Of a DNA stretch of 64,000 nucleotides, positions 57,010 through 64,000 are shown piece after piece; the first letter of the stretch is position 1; each line of letters begins with the position of its first letter. Made by a program: the position numbers and the translations under genes. Below the pieces are notes generated by a model. The model was not told the origin of the DNA. It worked only from the letters and a program-made list of their open reading frames with translations, and made no database searches. This DNA is from Promethearchaeota archaeon (GTDB lineage Archaea > Asgardarchaeota > Lokiarchaeia > Sigyniarchaeales > SOKP01): positions 1,255 through 65,254 of the forward strand of contig SHMU01000001.1 of NCBI GenBank assembly GCA_008080765.1, in the 5' to 3' direction.

Positions 57010-58737
57010 ATGAAATATTATAAAAAGACAGCATTTGCACTTATAGCGACGGTAATTTTAGTTTCATTTGTATCTACTTTTCCAGCTTCATCAGGTGTCT
57101 ACATACCATCTCCTATTGCCCCCTCATCCATTAAAAGCTCACAGAATCCAATCGCCGATGCGTTTAAATCTCATTTTGGACATGATCTTACCGAGGAATA
57201 TTGGTCAATATTGTATGATTTAACGGGGAACCATACCGAAGTCGATTACAATCCGGGCCCCTATAATGGGAGTCGGAGTGAAGGAAATACAGATGATATA
57301 CCCGAAGTTGATACCAAATTCTTTATTGGATGGAACAATCTTGGAAATATTCAGAGTCTTTATTGTGCAATGGATAATTTTTCGTGGAATGTAAATGACA
57401 ACAATAATACGCTCTATGGTTGTGCTCCGTATCAATTTTTTCTACAGCACTTCACTTCACCTTTTGCACCCAATAATCATATATTTGTATTAAATAAATT
57501 TCTAGGATTACTGGCATATAGAGATAATCTTACCGATGGAATTGAGGATCTTCCAGATGAAAACGACACACTTTACATAGGATGGCCGCAATATTCGGAA
57601 TATCATAAATTTTTGATTAATGAGCTTCTTAATGCAACAGGAGTTGCTCCATGGTATCTCGTGAATGAATCAAAAGTCGGTGATGCCGTACCTATTCCGA
57701 TGACTAAAATTTCTCCTGGAGTCTATGAATTTGGAATGTCATATCAAAATATTTTTATCTTGTGGCAAAGTATTTCAGTAGACGAGGGTCTAAATAATGA
57801 AACGACTAATATTGATATTTTAAGCAATTGTTCAGCGTTTTCACTCTTATCATACATTAATTTTACATTTAGAATTTCAATTACTAATACATTACTCGGC
57901 ACCCAAGTAGTTACTACCACAGAATATGATATAGGAACCCTCGATTCTCTTTATGTAATTGGAGATAATGGGACTATTGCGAACAATTTTGAGGGAACCA
58001 GCTTTAATATTACTATTCCACTTGCACTTGATGTAGATATTGGTCATTATAACACGACTTCTGCTATTGGAAAGAGATTGGATGGAAATAAAACATTAAA
58101 TGTACCTGGCTTTGGATTATCGGTTATTAATTCAGCTCACGTAGCAGTCATAAGGCTAATTGAGATCGGCAACTTTCAAATACCATCCATAGTTGATCTG
58201 ACTAATTTTACAGATGAGATCGGTAACAAACTGGGCAATGCTACGCAAAATATCTCCCGAGCGGGGATTAGTCATGGAAGTGGATCATATACCATTGATT
58301 TTGCCTCTAAACCCACATATACATGGGATAATGGCACTCATAGTGCAACGTATGATGCTCCAACAAGAGTATTAAGAAATACCTTATTTGAGCTCAATAC
58401 CACTACATTTTTAGACTTAGCAGCAATCAATGTAATTGCTATGTTGATATTGAGGGCGCAAGGAACCGGCTGGCAAGGCTGGCTGGCAGCATTAACAATA
58501 ATTGGACAATTATACAGCAATCAATTTCTATACATTACCAGCTTTCCAAAATGGTCTGGAGCGCAAATTACTCAAGATCCGACATTCTCGGTATTTGTTC
58601 CCAATATAATCCCCCCCTTACCTTCGCAAGAAGAAGGTGGACTGCCATGGGGAATCATTCTACCGGTGATTTTTATTATAGGAATATGTAGTGCGGTAGC
58701 CATAGGTGCCATCATTTGGAAAAGGAAACGCAAATAA
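57010..58737 (+). CDS. surface glycoprotein-like protein, paralog B (575 aa)
   Basis: MKYYKKTAFALIATVILVSFVSTFPASSGV. 20 sequons by hand count. Blocks shared with paralog A: YGCAPYQ, LNKFLGLLAY, YEFGxSYQNIF, TTTEYDIG, VPGFGL, IDFASKP and FPKWSGAxIxQDPTFSVFVP. C-terminus LPWGIILPVIFIIGICSAVAIGAIIWKRKRK. Confidence 0.75.
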   Translation: MKYYKKTAFALIATVILVSFVSTFPASSGVYIPSPIAPSSIKSSQNPIADAFKSHFGHDLTEEYWSILYDLTGNHTEVDYNPGPYNGSRSEGNTDDIPEVDTKFFIGWNNLGNIQSLYCAMDNFSWNVNDNNNTLYGCAPYQFFLQHFTSPFAPNNHIFVLNKFLGLLAYRDNLTDGIEDLPDENDTLYIGWPQYSEYHKFLINELLNATGVAPWYLVNESKVGDAVPIPMTKISPGVYEFGMSYQNIFILWQSISVDEGLNNETTNIDILSNCSAFSLLSYINFTFRISITNTLLGTQVVTTTEYDIGTLDSLYVIGDNGTIANNFEGTSFNITIPLALDVDIGHYNTTSAIGKRLDGNKTLNVPGFGLSVINSAHVAVIRLIEIGNFQIPSIVDLTNFTDEIGNKLGNATQNISRAGISHGSGSYTIDFASKPTYTWDNGTHSATYDAPTRVLRNTLFELNTTTFLDLAAINVIAMLILRAQGTGWQGWLAALTIIGQLYSNQFLYITSFPKWSGAQITQDPTFSVFVPNIIPPLPSQEEGGLPWGIILPVIFIIGICSAVAIGAIIWKRKRK

Positions 58738-58754
58738 ATTTTAACTATTTATTA

Positions 58755-58761
58755 TTTTTTT
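58755..58761 (+). terminator. oligo-T tract (T7) after paralog B
   Basis: ATTATTTTTTTCTAAC, 18 nt after the stop. Confidence 0.3.
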
Positions 58762-59256
58762 CTAACATATTTTATCCTTGTTCTATCATTTCTTATCTTT
58801 TTTCTATCATTTTTCTATTTGTTTATATGTAAAGATCTTTTTTTATTCTTAATCTCTCTTTCATATTCCATTTAAATATTGATATAAAGAAATTTTTAGC
58901 AAGAATATAGTTCGCTAATCCTTGACCTTATTATGTGTAATTATGCAATTCAGATTTATAAGAGAACAAAAGGTAATTTTTATTTTTTCTCTCACTTTAC
59001 ATAACTTAACATAATTTTTATCTGATTCATCATTTAGGAAAAATTAAGTGTTTTTAAAAACAATTTAAAAAATACAATTAACATACCTTTAGTTTAATAG
59101 AATTGTAAGGAGAGTTATGAGAAGTATTCGTATTTAAAAGAATCGTTTATGTTTTACACCTCAAATTCTCAAATAAAATTGTAAAGATAAAAAATTTTGC
59201 ATCAAGAATAACAATACTATGATAATTTAATGTAAAATGAAAGGTGAGAAATAGTC

Positions 59257-60252
59257 ATGAGTCAAAATCAAGGAGTTATGGTTGTAGGAGAGCATTTTAA
59301 AAACGAAATTCAAGATGTGGTCTATGAATTATTAGGAAAGGGTAGAAAATTGGCGGACACCTTAAATGTGAACTTATCGATAGTATTCCTCGGTTCCGAT
59401 TTAGATAAAAAATTGGAAGATTTGGGAAGCTATGGTGTTGATGAAGTGATTTATGTAAAATCTCCTGTATTCAGAGATTATTATTCGGATTTGTATGTGG
59501 ATACGCTAATAGATACCATTCAAGAAAGAAAACCAGAAATTTTATTAATTGCTGCGACCCCCACGGGGCGGGATTTTGCTCCTCGCATCTCAAAACGATT
59601 AAATGTTGGGCTCACCGCTGATTGTACGCAATTGGAAATAGAAGAGGGTAGCAGGACGTTATTGCAAACATGTCCCACATACGGGGGCAATCTTATGGCA
59701 ACCATGAAAGCAATCGATAGCTATCCTCAAATGAGTACTGTGGCATGTGGTATTTTTGAGCCCGTAAGAATCCCAAATAAGAAAGCAGAGATTATCATCA
59801 TAAAAAAAGATATTAAAAAAGAAGATTCAGTATCCAAAATTTTAAAATCAATTGAAAAGGAAAAACAGACCGTCAATTTATCTGAGGCCGAAGTTGTCGT
59901 AGCGGGAGGAAGAGGGCTTGGCAGTAAAGAAAACTTTAAGATGATTGAGGAGCTTGCTGAAGTACTTAATGGCGAAATTGCGGGCTCCAGAGTTCCAGTA
60001 GAATTAGGATGGATGGAAAAAGAGCGTCAAATAGGACAAACTGGTGCTATTGTCTCACCAAAATTATACATTGCATGCGGTATTTCTGGAGCTATTCAAC
60101 ATTTAGTCGGAATGGAAAACTCAGATGTTATTGTTGCCATCAACAAGGACCCAAACGCATCAATATTTGAGGTCGCTCATTATGGGATCGTGGGAGATGT
60201 AAATAAAATTATTCCCGAGTTAATTAAAGAACTTAAAAAACGAAATGAATAA
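59257..60252 (+). CDS. etfA: electron transfer flavoprotein alpha subunit
   Basis: AATPTGRDFAPRISKRL, VVAGGRGLG, GSRVPVELGW, QIGQTGAIVSPKLYIACGISGAIQH and VAINKDPNASIF. GGTGA SD upstream. Confidence 0.9.
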   Translation: MSQNQGVMVVGEHFKNEIQDVVYELLGKGRKLADTLNVNLSIVFLGSDLDKKLEDLGSYGVDEVIYVKSPVFRDYYSDLYVDTLIDTIQERKPEILLIAATPTGRDFAPRISKRLNVGLTADCTQLEIEEGSRTLLQTCPTYGGNLMATMKAIDSYPQMSTVACGIFEPVRIPNKKAEIIIIKKDIKKEDSVSKILKSIEKEKQTVNLSEAEVVVAGGRGLGSKENFKMIEELAEVLNGEIAGSRVPVELGWMEKERQIGQTGAIVSPKLYIACGISGAIQHLVGMENSDVIVAINKDPNASIFEVAHYGIVGDVNKIIPELIKELKKRNE

Positions 60253-60365
60253 AAAGCTATTATTGAATGTCTATTTTACTTATTACTATTAATTTTATTC
60301 TCCTAATGTTGAATATATAAAATATAATCTCGGATTTCTTTAATTGATATGAAAAATATATTTGA

Positions 60366-60623
60366 AGGAAATATAAGAAAAAATATAGGAATGTAACTGA
60401 AATAATTGATACTAATCCTTATAGTTGTTTTGGAAAACCACATATTAAAGCTACGAGGATAACTGTAAGTTTCATTTTAGAATTAGTTTCATCTGGGTAG
60501 ATTATAGATGAAATATTAGAAAGAAATTATCATCTTTCTCGGGGATAAATCATAGTGTCCTTAATTTATGCAAAAAAGTTGTTGATATTCATAAAGAGAA
60601 AATTGAAGCTTCCGATGATCTAA
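60366..60623 (+). pseudogene. DUF433-type (antitoxin-like) gene remnant with two in-frame stops and no start
   Basis: DTNPYSCFGKPHIKATRITVSFILELVSSG*IIDEILERNYHLSRG*IIVSLIYA aligns without gaps to the DUF433 consensus (GkP-i-GtRi-v--il-ll--G-s-eeIl--YP-Lt-edi-aal-yA). TAG at 60498..60500 and TAA at 60546..60548 sit at sense positions. Confidence 0.55.
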
Positions 60624-60970
60624 AAATTCTTTTGTAACGAAAGTGTCACCAGAAAATTAGAAAATACCATAAAAAGATATAATTATTACATCAACTCGAT
60701 TAGAAATCAAAAACCTTTTGGAATAAAAAATGGCGCTCCTATTGAATACATAAATTTATAAGACTTTACGCTAATGATCATTGATAAATATTTCCTTGAA
60801 AAGTAATTCTCTTTGAAAAGAGGGATAAGAATTACGCATGTGCATCCAAATCGTGAAGAGATTTTAATCCCTACATTGGAATACTTTCTTGAACTTCTAA
60901 AAGAAGAGAAAATAAAGATTGTTTATGAAAAGATTTTATTGAATAATGCCCTTATCAACAAGTTCAATTA
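60624..60970 (+). pseudogene. DUF5615/Mut7-C-like (toxin-like) gene remnant with in-frame stops
   Basis: KFFCNESVTRKLENTIK ... IIDKYFLEK* ... RGIRITHVHPNREEILIPTLEYFLELL follows the kfl-DEnv ... iT-DkdF ... GvI-l pattern. TAA at 60759..60761 and 60804..60806. Confidence 0.3.
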
Positions 60971-61067
60971 AACTGAAAAAAATAGAGAAAAGATTTTTAT
61001 AAATTAATAGAATAAGGGAAAAAAATAATTATAGTATTTTTTAGCAGATTTTAGATGCATTCCCACG

Positions 61068-61859
61068 CTATACTTTATCTAATCTTCCGCCATTTATTCC
61101 GATGATTTCGCCGTTCATGAACCATGAATCAGTAGAGCAGAGGAAAAGGATTACTTGAGATACATACTTTGGTTCTCCAATTCCCAAGGGAATTCTTCCC
61201 GAATAATATTTTCGCCATTTTCCATCATCTTTTGAGAGAAGTTCTCCCAAAATTGGGGTTTCAATTAATGTAGGCATAATTGCGTGTGTTTTAATATTAT
61301 ATCGAATTAATTCTAAGCCCGCTGTTTTGACCATTCCCAACATACCGGACTTAGCTGCAGAATAATTCAATTGTCCAATATTTCCTTCTGCTGCTTGACT
61401 GGAAATGGTAATTACCCGTCTATCTGGATACTCAGCAATTTCATCTTTGGGATTTTCTTTACAGATATCAATCCATCTTTGTACGCATGCCTGTAATACA
61501 AAGAAAAAACCTCTCAAGTGCGTATTGATTACATCATTCCATCGTTCTTCAGATAATTTATGAATCATTCCGTCTTTCAAGATCCCTGCCGAATGAATCA
61601 GATAATCAACGGGACCATAAGTATCAAACGCCTTTTGTACACCATTTTGTACCGACTCATTTTCTCTTACATCACCTTCAATAAATAAGACCTCTCCTTG
61701 GGCGTCTTTAATTTCTTGTTCTACCCTTTTTCCATTTTCAGCGTCAAAATCAAAAAGCACTACCTTAGCTCCTTCCGCCGCGAAATCTTTTGCAGTCTTT
61801 TCGCCCAATCCGGAGGCACCTCCAGTAATAAAAGCCACTTTGTCAGTAAATCGTTCCAT
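61068..61859 (-). CDS. short-chain dehydrogenase/reductase (3-hydroxyacyl-CoA / 3-oxoacyl reductase type)
   Basis: VAFITGGASGLGEKTA (TGxxxGxG), NSAG-like HSAGI and YSAAKSG (YxxxK). Ends in TAG. Confidence 0.85.
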   Translation of the reverse strand: MERFTDKVAFITGGASGLGEKTAKDFAAEGAKVVLFDFDAENGKRVEQEIKDAQGEVLFIEGDVRENESVQNGVQKAFDTYGPVDYLIHSAGILKDGMIHKLSEERWNDVINTHLRGFFFVLQACVQRWIDICKENPKDEIAEYPDRRVITISSQAAEGNIGQLNYSAAKSGMLGMVKTAGLELIRYNIKTHAIMPTLIETPILGELLSKDDGKWRKYYSGRIPLGIGEPKYVSQVILFLCSTDSWFMNGEIIGINGGRLDKV

Positions 61860-62585
61860 TTTTATCCACCTTAAATTGATTATTATACAATTTTATAAAT
61901 CTTAGAAGTTTAATTAATTTTAATTATCTTGTAAAAGGACTGATTGCGTATTTAATCTCACTTAGAGAGGGATTATTTGCAATTTGGGGTTTAGAGTTAG
62001 AGGGCTTATTGCAGCAAAAATTGAGCTGAAATAGTGGAAAAAAAAAGGAGTAAAACAAAAAAGGTAAAAAAAGTAAAGGAATGTTTGGAAATGAATAATT
62101 GAAAGCTCATAATAAATATAGTGGAGGAATAAATATAATGGCTTAATAATTTTTCCAATCCATTCCGATACTGGTAAAAAAAATTTTTTTACTCTATAAT
62201 ATAATATGACTTTACTCAAATTTAAATGTTTCTATGAATTTCAGAAGCGCTTGATTTGGTTTTTTCTTGAATAGTATTGCTATGATATAGTAATGTAAGA
62301 AATATTATTAGATTTCTAAATTACTTCCTACACATAAAGATATGTATTAAATGAGTCCATAATTTTAGTAAAAAATTACAAACTATCTTCAATGTCTGTG
62401 GAAAAAAATGAATTTTTTTAGAGAGCGACGATAGAAAAAATAATTTGGTAAAAATTTATTAAGAGATAGATAAGAGAAAAAATAGTTATGATAAAAATTC
62501 CTTATGAAAAAAGTTAGTGATAAAAAAGAACTAAGAAGCTTTTTGTCGCCATGTGATACAGATGATACAAAATATTAAATAGAAG

Positions 62586-63719
62586 TCAAAAATGTTGTTC
62601 TAAGTATGATGAGATAACTTGATAGAGACTTTCAATTGTTATCTTCCCTCTATTTGTATTGGCTTCCTTAAAATTGAAAATGCAAAAGGGGCAAAGCGTA
62701 AATAAAGTCTTTGTACCCATTAATTCAGCTTCTTTTATTCTTTTCTCACCTATTTTTCGCGCCAGCTCGGGATTAATAATCCTCATACCTCCATCAGCAC
62801 CGCAGCATAATCCTTTTTCTTTAAAATAAGTAAATTCTTTTAATGTATACCCAAGAATGTCTAAGATTTTTCTAGGCGGCTTTATTATACCAAAAGGTCT
62901 TGTTAAATGACATGAATCATGAAATGCTATGATATTCTCTGAACTATTATGCTTTTTTTCTTGTAATTTTCCATTAGTTTGAAATGCTTCTAATTTTTTG
63001 GCTATGATTTCAATGATATGATAAAACTTTTGGGAGTCGGGATAGTGCTTTTTAAAGAATATATAACATCCAGCGCATGCGCAAATTATTTTATCAAATT
63101 TCTCAAATTCTGCCAGATTTTTATCAATTACTTCTTGAGCAGAATCATGATCTCCCGTGTTATAGATGAAATATCCGCAGCAATATTCATTAGGAAGAAG
63201 GCAATAATCTATTTCTAATTTCTTCATGATATTAAGAATTTCATTGCGCATTGAATGTAAGCGATAGCCCAACATGCAGCCTAAATGAAGTAAAGTTTTA
63301 GAATCGTCAGAAGAATTGAAAATCTTTCCCTTTATTGACTTATTTGGTATTTTGTTGAGGCGGGAATCTGAATTATTAAATGGATTACCCATCGTTAAAA
63401 TATTAGTAATGAGCTGAGATTGTTTTTGATTGCGAGCACCATAAATGGAAAATATTTGGTTGCGTGCCCAATCAAATAAGTCAATTAATGGTAAATTTTG
63501 AGGGCAGTGTTCTTGACATGCCTCACATTTTGTACAATAAAAGACGGTATTAATATGCTCTTGACTGAGTTTCTGATCATTTATGAGCAATTTTATAGCT
63601 TCAAGTTTTTCTAAAGCACTATAATTTTTAAAATATAAGTGAATTGAACAAAAAGAGGTGCATTCTTTACATGCTATACATTGTTCCAAAGTAAGAAGAA
63701 TTTGTTCCTTTTTCATCAT
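62586..63719 (-). CDS. Fe-S oxidoreductase with two 4Fe-4S ferredoxin motifs and two CCG domains (HdrD/GlcF-like)
   Basis: CIACKECTSFC and CTKCEACQEHCP cluster motifs. CCG-type motifs CCGYF and CCGADGG. No TM helix seen. Confidence 0.8.
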   Translation of the reverse strand: MMKKEQILLTLEQCIACKECTSFCSIHLYFKNYSALEKLEAIKLLINDQKLSQEHINTVFYCTKCEACQEHCPQNLPLIDLFDWARNQIFSIYGARNQKQSQLITNILTMGNPFNNSDSRLNKIPNKSIKGKIFNSSDDSKTLLHLGCMLGYRLHSMRNEILNIMKKLEIDYCLLPNEYCCGYFIYNTGDHDSAQEVIDKNLAEFEKFDKIICACAGCYIFFKKHYPDSQKFYHIIEIIAKKLEAFQTNGKLQEKKHNSSENIIAFHDSCHLTRPFGIIKPPRKILDILGYTLKEFTYFKEKGLCCGADGGMRIINPELARKIGEKRIKEAELMGTKTLFTLCPFCIFNFKEANTNRGKITIESLYQVISSYLEQHF

Positions 63720-63859
63720 ATAATCAGATGATCTATTAAAAAAAATATTTGTGATGGGTTTTAATAATCATTATCCTCATAGATACATTAGTATATTCTT
63801 GAGAAAATACGTAAAAAAAGTAATAAAAAATGTTAAATGTAAGAGAGCTAATTTGGAGT

Positions 63860-64000
63860 TTATTGCTCTTCTTTATTCATGATTTTTTCTCGGAATTTAC
63901 TCCATGATTTATTTATCGCAGCATCGAGAGCTTTCTTTGCAAGTTTGCGAGTCAATTTATTATTCGGAAGCATTGGTTTCAGTTCTTGCCAAGCTTCCTT
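63860..64000 (-). CDS. partial CDS (C-terminal 46 codons; continues beyond the window end), unknown product
   Basis: Hand translation of the minus strand: ...KEAWQELKPMLPNNKLTRKLAKKALDAAINKSWSKFREKIMNKEEQ*, with TAA at 63860..63862. Confidence 0.3.
   Translation of the reverse strand, partial: KEAWQELKPMLPNNKLTRKLAKKALDAAINKSWSKFREKIMNKEEQ

Noticed and set aside
61962-62219. 85-aa minus-strand ORF between the SDR and the Fe-S oxidoreductase
   Set aside because: Extremely low-complexity F/Y/L/I-rich translation of an A/T-rich spacer with poly-A/T runs. No start context or motif.
1-64000. Search for tRNA, rRNA or other structured RNA genes in G+C-richer patches of spacers
   Set aside because: No spacer segment showed cloverleaf-compatible arms or a G+C-rich block by eye. 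This negative result has low sensitivity without a covariance-model scan.

Overview
AT-rich archaeal chromosome segment. The archaeal call rests on Alba, a Sec11-type signal peptidase, a thiolase+DUF35 pair and oligo-T tracts after genes. The lineage cannot be fixed without searches; an Asgard/Lokiarchaeia-like origin is only a guess from composition and gene content. The conserved backbone is an acyl-CoA / propionate metabolism cluster: thiolase+DUF35, thioesterase, MaoC hydratase, CobA-type adenosyltransferase, CoA-transferase A/B, MeaB, methylmalonyl-CoA mutase large and small subunits, acyl-CoA dehydrogenase, EtfB/EtfA, SDR, and a CCG-type Fe-S oxidoreductase. Cell-envelope cargo interrupts this backbone twice. 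(1) About 33 kb lies between the mutase small subunit and meaB. It is essentially one reading frame (16585..48612, 10,676 codon positions) broken by a single in-frame TAG, and is called as two giant ORFs of 6373 and 4204 aa. The product looks like a mosaic surface protein: Ig-like modules, two LamG domains, a duplicated ~250-aa module, DxDxDG motifs, a membrane-spanning cluster, and a sequon-free tail carrying a ubiquitin-like domain, an HTH and a PD-(D/E)XK-like nuclease motif. A small orphan ORF follows it. The frame has no credible start or signal peptide, and it abuts a truncated, diverged copy of the mutase small subunit. (2) About 4.6 kb between etfB and etfA carries two tandem paralogous, sequon-rich, signal-peptide-bearing proteins with a sortase-like C-terminal signal. 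The window also holds a secreted lipase with two C2-like repeats and several decayed or frame-broken genes: cobA N-terminus, a DUF433/DUF5615-like pair, a three-piece membrane protein gene, and others. No rRNA, tRNA, CRISPR array, integrase or transposase was recognised. All family calls come from motif recognition by eye, with no database search.
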